The notes under the pieces were generated by a model. The model did no database searches and was not told where the DNA came from. It was given only the letters and a program-made list of their open reading frames with translations. The position numbers and the translations under genes were made by a program. This document shows, piece after piece, positions 51,077 through 64,000 of a stretch of DNA of 64,000 nucleotides (position 1 is the first letter of the stretch; every line of letters starts with the position of its first letter). The DNA comes from Lingula anatina (Eukaryota > Animalia > Brachiopoda). The stretch lies in the NCBI GenBank assembly GCA_051362555.1, contig CM120642.1:14198001-14262000 (forward strand), written 5' to 3'.

Positions 51077-52031
51077 CCCCAAGTCATGCGCTCTCCCTTT
51101 TAGTCCAGCTAGCGCCACACATTAAGTAGATTTACCTCTGTGTACATCAGGAGGGGAGTAAGCAGCCCGTGTTAACTCTATGCAGTCGTGTAGACGAATA
51201 GTACGGTGCACTGGGTAGTCGGCTCATATGGTTTTCATCACGGGAGCGACTGCGAGGCCAGGTCGCTGCGAAAATGACCTTCTGTAAGGAATAAAGTAAA
51301 AATATTATTTTTGATTCGCGTAATGAAAGGCGCACCGCCTCTCTTCCAACAACACTATAGTACACGTCTTCGGCGGCAATCGTTCTTGATATTACTAGCA
51401 CTATAATTGGTCCGCGCCCTCTAAGATCGATATATAAATAATCCCCATGATTTGATAGTGACTGTATAAACTTGCTAATTGTCTAAAATGATTCGCCGAG
51501 CACAATCAATGAGTTCTGCACTAAATTATCCTCTCCTCTCTGAGAAAACAAGCCCACACTATGTCTTTATGTTCACCAGACTGACCGCCTTATGATTATA
51601 GGTCTTTAACATTAGCGGCACTCTAACCGGCTTTAAAAAACTTAAAGGGTGGTCTACCTTCAGTGAGAAGCTGTTGTTCAATGCAATGTGATTTCAACGT
51701 GCACTGTCTTAAAGTGAGATATAAATAACTCAGATATGCTCAGACTTGCCAAATCCTCAGCGGTATTACTTAGATATCAAAGAAGTGACATCATCAAAAT
51801 TTTGTTTACTTATTTGAATCATGTAGTTAGGATTAAAATATTTCAAGAATTTTTCATATAACAAAAGAGCGGCACTTCAATGAATTTTATTCCATTGCTG
51901 TAATTTTTTCTATTTTAATTCATAATAATGCCTGTACAAGTGAACATTTTCCCCTGTTCGGCCCACGCAGAGATTGAAACAATCACCTGTAAACACCTAT
52001 TGCGCATTTTATGGGAAATACACTTTTACAT

Positions 52032-52063
52032 TGAGCATGCGCAAAGGTTACCAAAATGGCGGC
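52032..52063 (+). promoter_or_regulatory. NRF-1-like site (TGAGCATGCGCA, 52032-52043) and YY1 motif (CAAAATGGCGGC, 52052-52063) overlapping the start codon
   Basis: One mismatch to the NRF-1 palindrome TGCGCATGCGCA; exact YY1 consensus; typical of housekeeping and nuclear-encoded mitochondrial genes. Confidence 0.55.
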
Positions 52064-52280
52064 CGCCTGCAGAAGACGAATTCTTCGACTTTTAAGGCAA
52101 TTTGAAGGCGATAGCAATAATTTTATGAAGAATGCACCCCTAAATAAAACACGAACAATTGCAGCATTGACTCTAGCGGTATCAGGCGGAGCGACGTTTT
52201 GTTATTTATGTCGACAACGGCAGAAGTTCACTTTTAATGTCATCCCCACAGCTTACGCCCAGACGCAGCCTCAGGAGCAG
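52056..52280 (+). CDS. Exon 1 of a mitochondrially targeted protein, probably MICU2/3 (EFHA1/2) calcium uptake regulator
   Basis: Good start context; Arg/Leu-rich presequence MAAACRRRILRLLR; hydrophobic segment IAALTLAVSGGATFCYLC; phase-0 donor CAG|GTAAT at 52280. The MICU identity rests on N-terminal architecture and vertebrate FGF9-MICU2 / FGF20-MICU3 linkage; no EF-hand exon is seen in the window. Confidence 0.6.
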
Positions 52281-55200
52281 GTAATATTCACCAATAATTA
52301 CGCTCCAAATCGGTCTTTAATCATCTTGCCATCAGGTTTTTAATGACTAATGTTAACATGTTAGACGTGGTAATATTATTTATGTAGGTGAGGTGGGAGC
52401 ATTGCTTGTAATGTGGGGTGCTGTAAATGTGGTGTTCTTTTGAATGGTATCTCTGACTTTGGGGGGGGGGGTATTTTACTGGATAATGTTATGGTTGTAT
52501 ATTTATCACAATGTTTAAACACTATGAAACTAGGCAGATTTCAGTTTAAGCAGATGGCAGTCAAGACAATAGAGCAGTTTTTTTGTTTACATGAAGCCTG
52601 TTGTGGGAAAGAAGTTATCAATTTTCTCATGGATGTCTTTTTAAATGACCTTCTTGAAGTATTTTCTTTAACTCTATTACTGTATTGATATGTCACTTTG
52701 TGTTTTAGTTTTGTATTAGTTGAACAGTGATTCTTACTCTGGTTTTCTCTGTATGTTAGTTTGTAGATTGACAAAAGCATGTTATTTGACATGATAATCA
52801 TAAAATAACCACTATAATAAGTTCTCTATACAGTTCTAAACACTACACAGCAGAAGGACTAAATAGTATGTTGGTTGTTAAAGGAGATGTTGTCAAGTAG
52901 GGTCAAGTAGGGTGAAGATAAAGCACTTGCCAACTGGTAAAGACAAATCCATTTCTGCTTTGGTAAGTGTTTTGAGAGGCCCACTTACCAAATGCATTGT
53001 TTCCTTTATTAACAAATATTTGTGAGAACTTTCTGTCTTTGTCAAACTGGTTAAATGGCAAACTAATCTGTACCCTACAAAGACTTTTTTAATATTAACT
53101 GGTTTAAAATAGTCTTGCATCTTTTTACAAAGGTCAGTCTCAGTTTGTTTCACATTTCATCCTCTGCAATTTTTTTACACAGCCTATGCTATATTTAGGT
53201 TCAGACCTAGACTGTTCAAGTTTAAAAACCACTTATATGGTATTGAAGTGCCAAGTTATAGGAGAACCCTTACATGCCTGAGCAATCTGGTTACTACATA
53301 GTGTTTAGACTTATAGTGTTTTTTTGGTCTGAAATGTTTACTCAATAGTAGTCTAAAGTAAAATTTAAAAAATCACTTAATTGCTCAAAGAAGTGTGCCT
53401 GTTATTGCTTGATATTGAGGAATTTATCTTAATCATCTTTATAAAAGGTCTGTCAGTGTTTTCAGTGTCCTGCATGCTAGGTTGATAGTCTTTTATTCAG
53501 GCCACCTATTTTCCAAATTCATTTAACAGTTAAAATACAAATCTTTCATTATACAACAATATTTTAGCAATTCTCCAGTAGATCTGAAAGACTGCCTCAA
53601 TCTACCCCTACAGGGGCTAGATATTGGAGGGGGGGGGGAGAAAAAGGGCCCTTCTGCAATGAACTTTTTTGTCTGTGGATCATTCCACAGTACTTCTAAT
53701 TTTTAGAAAAATTCAGGCCTGATAAAAAAATTGCAATTGTTAAATTCTCCTGAATTGTCAGAAAAAGAGAAAACAAACGAGCACTATGTTATATGTAGGA
53801 GATGTAAGATGGAGAAAAAATATTGTTGAATAGGTCCTGTTGCAGCATAACAGGAACAATTTCAAGGTCATCACAGAAAGGGCAAAACCGAGAATTAACA
53901 AAACTCTTAAGTGTTTTTTTTTCTTCTTGTAAAAGTGCCTTAACATTAAGTGTTTTCATTACCACAGCTAAGTTTGAAACAGTGTTGGAATTGTCTGAAA
54001 TGATAAATTAGAACAGTTTCAGATAATATTGGCATTTTGTCTCAAAGGTGAAGGCATTTAGTCAACATGTTTCTTTACCCTCTGAGAGCAGTTACACCAA
54101 GCTAGATGTGGTCTCTGTGCAGAGATATAAACATGTATTACTTCACCGGTCACTGCATGTGACCAGTGTTTTTTGTAAGATAAATTTAGAAAATAGAAAA
54201 GAAAAAAGCTCAGGTTGTGACCCTTATTTGGTTTGCTTTGACCTCTGCTAACACCGGATTATTTACTTTTCATTATTTTGTTCAGTAGTCTGCAATATAA
54301 CAGATTTTTTTATTCTCCCATTCTGATGGGATCAGACATGAAGATTGATCAGACAAAATTTTGCAAATCTTGTAGATTTTGTAGTGGGGCTTGATGTTTA
54401 ATGATAAAATATGATATTTTGCAATTCAAGAATTAGATAAAAAAGCACTGACCTAAGGCAACCTGTGGATGATTTGTAGTTTTTTTATTTTTCGGGATGA
54501 GTGATTATGGCCTTGTGATTTCTTTTTATTTTCAACTCCAGCGGCTACCCCAAGTCCTTTTCCATGTCTAACAAAATGACAACTTTTGAAGGTCCCCTGG
54601 GGGGCAATTTTCATGTTGCCAGACATTAATATAAAGATCTACAGCAGTGATCAGTAATAATTTTGACAGGACTTGTCCTGAATGTTCCCTGGTGATTTTT
54701 GATATTCATGTCTTTTATACTTGATTTAGAATTACTGGGCCAGGAAAGAGGATGGTGCGTTCCATGTAGAGCATCTCCCGAAGCAGACACAGGAAACATG
54801 CTGTGAGTTGCAGCATCACCCGAGAACTAAGTCTTTGTGAAAGGGGGGAAAAAAAGAAAGAAAAGGAAGAAATATGTGAGAGAACATTTGGACAATATCT
54901 CCCAGCTTGAAAGTAAATTGAAGAAAAGTCCTTTTTTTTGTCTGACCCCTTGATGTGCTCAGAAGACCCTTCCTCACATTACAAAGTTGCCGCTTCTGCA
55001 TTAGAAGACCTTGTTTTGATTTTTCAATACTAACCCAGCCATAATGACAGAGAATTAAATTCAATAACTTTATTACTAAGTTGATAAAGATAAGTAAATC
55101 TTTAGCAGAGTAAAGGAGAAAATGGATCGGATATTGTGATGTCATATATTGGTGTTAATTTCTTTTTGCTTGCAATTATACCATGGTGTGTTCTGTAAGC

Positions 55201-56461
55201 AATTTACTATTGTGATATTTGATATCATGCAAACAAAAGCACATTAAACCAGGAGGGTCCATTGTACAATAAACCTATAGTGAGCAATAATACACCTGAT
55301 GATGATTTGTGCAATTGAGGGTAACAATGGCGTAATGGACGCACTTTAAGCCGCTTTGTCAGGTGGCGGAAGCAGGGAATTCTTTGAAGTTATTCTGATT
55401 TGTGCGGCTAAACCACAGGGCTAACAGTAAATGGTACAGGGGGTGGATTTTCTGGCAAAGATTTTAAAAAATGTCGAGTGTTTATTTACTGTAGTATCAA
55501 TAAAGTTCCACCTTTGATGACTTTCATAGCAACTTTGAGTGTAGTTTGTATAAGATATTTTATCATAGCCCGTGTTGATAATCAGGTTTGTCAGGTCAGT
55601 TTATGAGGCAAGTATGTGTGCCGTGTGAAGGGGGTGGGTAATGCCTGGCTCGATCAAAAAAAAAAAAAAAACCTTTGGACCAACAAAGAATTGGTTGAAT
55701 GAAGAAACATTTAAGCCAAATACGACTTATATTTCTTATTTCTTTGTTATTTCTTTCTGCCAAAACAAAATAATTCTAGACTTTGGGGAAATGATTTTAA
55801 TTATAACAATATTCTATACAAGTGAAGATGCAGGAAGTGAAAACAATGATGTTAATCATAGGAAGTAGTAGGAGTTTGAAAATTGTGTAGGCTGGTGACA
55901 ATCAACTCTCGGACCAGCCTTACATAATGACTGGCTTCAGCCAGAAAGACGGAATTAGTTTCTACAAGTGCCGACATGCCTTTTATGTTCCATGTTTTTT
56001 TTATAGAAGTCCTATGGCATATACTTGTATGTTGGTAACTCAGTTAAAAACACCAAACCCACACGAAAGTCCTCCTGACATCCAGTTTGGCTGGTTGCTT
56101 TGGTTTGTGAATGTCAATTTACGTAGATTTTTAATGAGTTTATCCGAAGTATGTTTTACTGGACTCGTTACTCTTTGAAAGCAAGCAAGGGGATAAGCTC
56201 ACTTTATCTAAACATTAATAAATATTTGAAAACCTATAAGCTCTTTTAGGTCTCTTCTTGAATAAATTGTTTGGCAAGTTGTCTGCTTTTTAATTAAGTG
56301 TAGATGAAAAAATGTGTTATATGATTTAAAAAAGTTGAGTCTGATTAAGGGTGTACTTAGTATATAACATTTTATTTTCAAAATGTTGTCTTAGGTCAGA
56401 CCTGTGATGTGTAGAATGTGACTGCCTTACAAATAGTGAACATATGCTTTAATTTGAACAC

Positions 56462-56697
56462 ATTTTAGAGCAAATTTAAAACTTAACCTCTGCTTATTTC
56501 TTACTGCTGAAGGAAGGAAGATAATTAAATTTCTTTTCTTTTTTACTATTTTTAGCAAATTGCTCTTACTATATTGAGGCAGTTAAACATATTTTTAGAG
56601 CAAATATTAAACCATTACTCATGAATGTTTAAAACAAGGAAGCTCATTGAATCTTGTATTCTTTTATTCTATTTTTGGTGAATTGTCCCCACCATAT
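56462..56697. repeat. Degenerate ~130-bp tandem duplication in intron
   Basis: Two copies beginning (a)ttttagagcaaat...aaggaag...ctattttt...aattg...atatt. Confidence 0.55.
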
Positions 56698-59600
56698 TAC
56701 GTCTATGTTTAGACTTCGGTGCTAAGAAAATAATTTTAGTCATTAGGACATCTCACTAATTGAATACAGCTTTATAGAAAGATCAGACCATATTTTTGGA
56801 CCCCCATACTGTTCTTTGTGGTATTTTTTGTGTATTTCTCATATATTTCAGAATAACTTGTAGAATAAAGCATTGTGCCTCTTCTCCTTTCATCCCTTAC
56901 AATACAATCCTCCAGTGTTCAGTATCTAAACAAGGAATTGCTGAAAAAGTGATTAGAGAAAATTAGGAGCAACTGTACAAATTATGTGATGACTGGCCCT
57001 ATTAAGAAGTATTCATAATTCAGTATATGGTAGGGTGGGGTGGTCCAGATTGCAGTAATTCACATTCATTTGGTAGTTCACTCACTTGTTGTATTTGGAA
57101 CCTAATTAGGGGCATGAGTAACAGAGAATACCACTAAAAGGGGAAAAAGGATATATTTGTAACTTAAATGTACATTATTGTAGATTAAACCATCTCTCCT
57201 TGTCATGAAGTGTCAGCTTGGGTTTCCCCGTCTGATTGCAAGTGAATAATACAAAATGGGTCTTGGATGGCTTTTTGATCTGTGTGTGGATGTACTTCTA
57301 CATTTTATTTGAGGAATTGGGTGTTGATGGGTTTTTAATTCTCAGTGTGACATTCAGTCTTCCTCTTCAACATTTCGTTAATAAGATCATTTTTCTCTGG
57401 GGATAAGGAAATGTTTTAAAGCATGTTTAAGAGAAAAAAAATCATCCTAATATCTCAAGTGCATTACCTTGAAAGTGACAAAGCTGAATTCAAGCATATT
57501 CTTTCATGGTTAATAAATTTGATTATATCCAATATTCTGAATTTTAATAAGAATAAGATTGTGTTGTTGTTTGACTAGACTTACTGTCAAGCTATTCACA
57601 AAAGAACTTGCACAGTCAATTCAAAATTCCAATTAAAATAGATAAAGAATACTGTCTCCACGCCAGAGGTGTTAAAATGCGTGATTACCTCCCGGACTCC
57701 TGAGATTCATAAGTATGAAAACCATTGATCTGGGAGTTAAGAGAATTCATTTTGTTGGTGGGCCCTTAATTACTGCAGGACTGCCTTTATTATTGGGCGT
57801 TAAAAGTGGAATTATCCAATCCCCTAGTCTGTTCTATTGTGTGGATGTTTGTCTTGGGTCTACTTTTGATGTGCCGCTATCTTCTAATGAGCTACGTTAC
57901 GTTCTTGCGTGGATTAGCAGATTCAAGTATAGGCCCCTTGTAGTTAAGCCCCAGTAAATATTTGTACGCTCCTTTCTCTTCTTTCTATTCAGACAGAGCC
58001 GATTTTGGGGGTTAACTTTCAAACAGTGCGGAGATGTGTCAAGCAACATCCACCTCCTATTTTGTCGGTCATTCTTCACCTTTGATTCCTAAACTTGGGA
58101 CTTATCCATTGCAAATATAGGAGCATGGGCATTATAGAGGAGAGGGCATACAAAGCTGCACAGTCTTCCTGGGCTACACCAGTCTGCACTAGGAGGCTTA
58201 TCTGTGGCTTGGCACCTTGGTACAATTTCTCTGGGTGTATCTATATGGGAAACCCAAATATTAGCTCAGTATTTGTTAAGCAGACGGGATAATAGGTTGT
58301 TGGCACAATTGTAATGATCATGTAGTTTTTGTGCCCAGTTTATAACCTTACAACTCTCCACTTGTGTGCCATTACTAAATGAGTCTGGGGGTTAAGTGCT
58401 GAGACAAAGATGTGAGAGCAACAGTGGGATAATTTGGTCTGGATTTATCCATGACCTTTGGGTGGGAGTCAGGTGGAGAACTTATTCTGGCCATTGTTCT
58501 CTCAAGTGCACCCTTCTAGAAATGATTGAAGATTTTGTTGGGAAACCTGGTCTCTAACCTTCTGAATTGACTAATACCTTCCTAAAGCTAGACTGTATTT
58601 CACACATCGAGGCAGAAATGAATTGCACAGATCATTCCTGCTGAGCGCACAACGGGGAGTTGGCGCAAAGGTACCTTGCTTGCTTTGGCGGATGGCGGAC
58701 AGTGTCTCATGTTACCTGTGGTGTTGTTTTGCTGCAATTTTCTCAGCTGATTGGGGACAATAAAACTTGTTATAAACCTGTCTTCTCGCTGAAGACTTGT
58801 TGTAGGCTTCTATTGAGATGTGTTCAACCATCTAATCTGGCACAATTAGTGACATCTGAGCAAGAGCTGAGCTGTCGGCACAGAGCGCTTTGTGAAGGAT
58901 TAGTGGTGCCAATTACCTCTCGGTTACACAGTATACTTCTGGGAGGTCGGGGAGGGGAGGGAAAGTATAACCCGCTATTATTATCTGGGGTACGGAAAGA
59001 ACCCTGGGCCCCAGTATGTGCTGTTGCACTGGCAATCACATATCAGACAACACCAACCCGACTTCACCTATTCCACCTCTAACTGACAACTCAATTTCTC
59101 CCAGCTGAGCTGAAGGGACTCACAATGATACTTGTTTGGGAATTTGAGATCAAAGGGAGGCGTGCAGTACGTTTGTATTGGTGTCATTGTGCCCACGCCA
59201 TTGTGTGGAACCTAGTTCTACACTGCAGTAACAGAGTTAGCAAACTCTGGGTAAACACACCACTTCCAAAAAGGTCCAAAAGTAAATAAATAGTCGAACT
59301 TTCCACTGATGCATAGTTGTGGTTAAACTTTCCCATGATATTCACACAACAGAATTTTACAGTTTGATTACCAATATGTCAAGCCAGCAAGGTAATTAAA
59401 GAAATATTTCAGAAATTCAAACCTTTAACCTGTCTTTCTACCTGTGTTTTAATTCTGATTGTCAGGACAAAGCCTTGTGACTCAGAGGCATTTATTTACC
59501 ATTTTTACTGTTTAAAAATCTAATTATGGCATTCGGTTGACAAATTAGTACAAATATGTGAGAAATGGCAGGAATCCGTCGGAAAAATAAGTCGTAAGGC

Positions 59601-59960
59601 ACTTTTGAAGCCTTTAAGTCAAGTCCTAACTTTGTGGCTTAGCCAGTCACGTATTGTTTCCCTGAATGCTCTAAGCTGATTGGATGAGATGAGGCATGCA
59701 TAATCTCATCAGGACTCGCTAGGCATCTAATTATTTGGACAATTAGTGAGGATTTAGCAGATTTTGCAAAAGGTTGTGATGTTTGATATTGAGATATTCA
59801 ACTTCTCTGTCAATAGTGTAGCACCAAAATAATTATTGAGAGTGATCTGGATTTCAGGAGAAATGAACCAAGGGGAATCGGTTACGTTTATATGATTATG
59901 TCATATTTATGTATAATTATATTAATTGATTTTTCACTCTTCTTTTTTATTTTGATGCAG

Positions 59961-59999
59961 ATTGTGAAAAACTGGTTTTTATGGAAGCTGTTACAGGAG
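59961..59999 (+). CDS. Candidate 39-nt frame-preserving micro-exon (IVKNWFLWKLLQE in phase 0) of the plus-strand gene
   Basis: Long pyrimidine tract plus TGCAG acceptor and GAG|GTAAG donor; no stop in phase 0 or 1. Confidence 0.5.
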
Positions 60000-62900
60000 G
60001 TAAGAGGTTGGTGACCCTCTTTTCACCTGCCCTATTACAATATCCTGATTTTGAACACAGTTTGAACTAGATCCTGTCACCGTCCACACATTTTCCCACA
60101 GTCCCTTGTGCATGACATCAACCTCTATTTAATTAGAACAATTATATTGCCAAAAGTCTGTTGGTTCTGAATGATTTGATTTGTTCATCATATTAAATAT
60201 GGTAGACATAATTGTTCCAAGCCCCCATATTTGTTACAGCCAATTTGTCATTTTTGTTTGCCGAGGCTGCTTGTGAAAAGGTAACATGGCTCCAAGTGAT
60301 ACTGTTAAGTCTCTTGTTGCAAGGACAGTTTACTCCACTGTATTGTCATAATACATTCGGGTTATGAATTCTATCAAGGCTTTATTTGTGTGGCTTACAA
60401 ACAGCCCTGGGTCATGATGGATAATGAAAAGTAAGTTAATACAACTTAACTTACCAATAGGGCAAGACTGACAAGTGCTTGTGTTGGAGAAATGATGTGA
60501 TTTGGGCATTTGCACATGCCACTGCATGGTCATTGTATTGCAGTGCACGTGTTGTTGATTCCTTAGACATGTAATATGATGCGAAAATGACAATACTTAA
60601 CTTTGCGCACCTGAGCTTGTGGTTTGGAGGCAACAACAGTTTAGAAGTTAGCCCTCCCTATGTTGCATTTTCACCACCTTTTAATGCTTTTGAGCAGCCC
60701 ATGTATTGATTGTTGGGAAACATAAATACAGCTGGTCCGTAGCATTCCATGAGAAAATGTGGGTCTTGTTTCTGCTGGTCTGAAGAGCTAATTGACCTTT
60801 GATACCTGAAAGTAACTTTGCGTCATTGCCACTACATTGAAACACCTGAGCTCTCTTTGAAGTGGGGCTCTGGGAGGAACCAGCAACCAAACCACCTTGG
60901 AACACCTGTAAGAGGTTCAGACATACCTTACAAATGAGGGAGAAAGAGAGCACCTTTTGTATGTGAGAAAGTGAGACCAAAGGCTTTGGTAACTTCACAT
61001 ACTTGCAATCAATTTGATTTCGTGTCAATATCAAACAAACAAAACAAATGAACACCTGTAATACCAAATTGAAGCATACTCCATGTCATGCAGTACCTTG
61101 GACAAGACACAAGCTATAATGCAGTTGAAAGTTGCAGTATTTCCCTTACAGATATTCTATATTGTTGTACATTTCCTGTGTCACATTACTCTTATAACAT
61201 GTCTGTTATTACAGAGACATAAAGCAACATTTTCACCTGTACAACACAACAGGTGAATTTAGCCTTTGACCCTCAAGTGAAATGAAGATGAATTGTCCAA
61301 AATCCATTTTGAACTCTAATAGATTTGATGTTCATGATTTTCAGTTCCCTCTAAGGTGACCATTTGATATAATTCAATACCGAAATTAGATGATTAAATC
61401 TTTGTGTCAGTGCTTTTATGCAGAATAACCCAAAAGGAAATTGAAAATGGGAATATACTCCACTAAGCAGTTTTTTTGTAAGATAAAAAACACTGCATTT
61501 TCTTAATGCCCTCAATATTTTCTTGCACTCACTGACCATCATTTGTAAGAGTTTCAAATTAAAAGAAAGTCTTATTATTTATTAGTATTTTCACAAAAAT
61601 AGTATTTTTAAGACCAGTTATTTCTGTTCTTGGCAGGTGACCTGTGATGTGGATTTCTTGCAATTTGCCTTCTTTTAAAAGAGTAATTATTGAACAAGAG
61701 CAAGAATTCCATTACTTACAAAGGATACAGTGTGCTTTTGGGCTATGTCACAGGCCAGCTTAAAAGAAAATTGGAATATATAAGACAATGACAGTTCCAT
61801 GAATGAGCTTATCCCCTAAAGCTTCCAAGGATAATAGCACATGAAGTGTAAATTCTTAGAAAATCAAATTCTTTGTAGAAACAGCATTTGTGGTTTTAAG
61901 AACAGTTGTTCCCTCATCCAATAAAGAAAATACCATTTTCCTTAGCAAATGATTGTTGTTTTGTCCTTTCTTCAAAAACGTGTTATTCCTGTAAAAAGTG
62001 GGCGTGGCTGAAAATAATTAATCCTCTGTTACAACATATGTCTCTTTTTTTTTCTCTGCAATTATGTTTTATAATATTATTATAGTTGTGATGTAAAAAA
62101 TAACACATTTTGACTTTGAAATGGGTACAGGTATTTTCAATTTTAAAACTAATAGAAAGATATTGAGAGAGGATACTATTAGAGAGAAAAAACATTTCCA
62201 ACCTTCCAATTTGGTTGAACATTGTTTTTAAATAAAAGAAAGTTTGATGGCAATATTTTATATGTTATTTTCAAATTTTCTCCAAATGATACACCTGCAT
62301 TCTCTATAATATAACATTGCCTTTTCAGGCTTTTAGTTTTCCATAGTGTTTTCCCTGTTTTACAATCCCCCTCCCCCATTAGATATGTTAACGACCCTCA
62401 AATAACATAATGTTGATGATATGCAAGTTGGTGTGCATGAATATGCATTTTCACATAAAAAGAGACCATGTTTGCATGAACCAAAACATCCTATTGTATA
62501 GTTCTACTTCAAATAACTTTTCAAAGAGGTGACATGTTTTAAAGATATAATGTAAGTGTACTTTGCCCTGATTTATATCTGACTTCTGAAGTTGCGGAAT
62601 GTGTGTTGTTATTTCCTGATTTTCCCCACACTCACTATGTTGTGTCATACAATATGTGTTGTAGTGAAGAATCGGTGTTCACTTGGCACAGCTAGGGGCA
62701 ATGAAGCAGTGGAGCAGAGAGTACAAGTGGTCAAATACTTAACACCAAGTCAGCCATGCAGCAGTGCTACATGGCAAGAAACTCTGTGCTTGTTCTTTGG
62801 AAAAAAAAAGAAGAAAATGAACATTAAGAAAAGTTTAAATGCTGGAGGTTCTTTAGGAGGAGAGAACTTTTTTTATGTCAGCAGCAAGTAGGACTGCTCT

Positions 62901-64000
62901 GTGGCAGAAAACTTGGTCTCTGTTGTAAGAGCATGTTGGGGGTGGGGTTGGGGGTGGGGCTATTTCAAGAAAATCTAATAAAGGAATATTCTTAGCCACA
63001 GTAAATTATCTTTATCAATTAGTAGTAATTACCATGCTACTCTTAAGTGTGAGCCTGTACACTGGTAGCTAAGGAATATTTGTATATTTCTACCTGTTTG
63101 CCTGTGCAGTAGTAATAATAATGATGCAGTGTTAGAGCATTCTTACCAGTACAGTGCATTCATTGGTGGTATTAGATGAACCTATAGATGCATTTTCTCC
63201 CAATTTGGTTGCATTCAGATTAGATGATTCTCGGATGGTCTCCCTGCCTCCACATAGATTAAATTTTGGCTTTGAGGTTTGATTGCTTGGCTCCTGCAGG
63301 GAAGGTGTGTGTGGAGGCGGGGAGCCCATTAAGAGATTAGGTGGTCTTGCTTTCATATAGGGTATGCCATGTTTGATCCTCGGACCAGTAGATCCAAGGA
63401 TAATCTGTTGTGAATGCGACATAAGTCACACTTGTGTGTAGACTACAGATGTTAGGCCCCATTCCCATAGACACCATTGGTCTACATAGATTGATCCAAC
63501 TCTGTAGGGATTCTCACTGAGTGCAATTAGGTGACTGAATGACACACGGCCTCCTAGCTTTACGTAGAATTCAGTAAAGCTGATGGTACTCAACAAGTCC
63601 CTGCAGAGTTTGATCAATCTTTGTAGACAGATGGAGTCTATGAGAAAGAGGTCTTATTGGTTTCATGATCTTGTATTAGAACAGTATATAAAATAACAGG
63701 GATGGCTTGATAGAATATATATCTTGTACATAAGGTTCAGTGTATTATATGGATTCCACTTACTTTTGCTTTGAACCAACCTTTCTTCTTGTAGAGAAAG
63801 TCAAGTATTGAGATCAGTTGATTTTAAGAATACTAGTATTGTCTGGTATAGAACTGCAAATAGTATTTTTTCAATTTAACCGGATTTGTGGCTAACTGAT
63901 TCTTGTGTTAATCTTTTTTTTAACCTGCTTGTATCATGTTCTGACGTGGTTCTGAATGGATTTTTTAAACTTTTCATGCTGTCTCACGAATCACTTGGCA

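Noticed and set aside
62938-62959. G-quadruplex-like GGGGGTGGGGTTGGGGGTGGGG
   Set aside because: Isolated intronic G-run; similar runs occur elsewhere in the window.
58660-63617. ORFs of 140, 128, 99 and 96 aa in the intron as possible retroelement remnants or exons
   Set aside because: No RT, transposase or EF-hand motifs recognisable.

Overview
AT-rich, intron-containing animal genomic DNA, probably a protostome and plausibly a lophotrochozoan such as a mollusc (inferred from mosaic CpG depletion and the miRNA families whose complements appear here). Left to right: (1) last coding exon and 3' end of a NUDT6-type Nudix hydrolase (+); (2) a putative ~20 kb spliced, polyadenylated minus-strand transcript (TATA 22701-22707, exon 1 ~22592-22676, acceptor 21830, poly(A) signal 1960-1965) with no recognisable protein; (3) an FGF gene with three core coding exons (-, ~440 aa, FGF9/16/20-like core, long basic extensions); (4) head-to-head with it, exon 1 of a mitochondrial-type protein, probably MICU2/3 (+). 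Main finding: transcript (2) is packed with sites complementary to conserved bilaterian/protostome miRNAs. It has homotypic arrays (miR-29 x10 in a ~51-bp tandem repeat, bantam x4, miR-9 x4), a 1.3-kb block with sites for about 20 families, and several seed + bulge + 3'-pairing sites of the target-directed miRNA degradation (TDMD) type (miR-9, miR-190, miR-124, miR-12, miR-8, miR-125, miR-137). It looks like a multi-miRNA decoy/turnover hub RNA. Mature miRNA sequences were recalled from conserved families, not from this species; matches were found by eye; transcription is inferred from sequence signals only.
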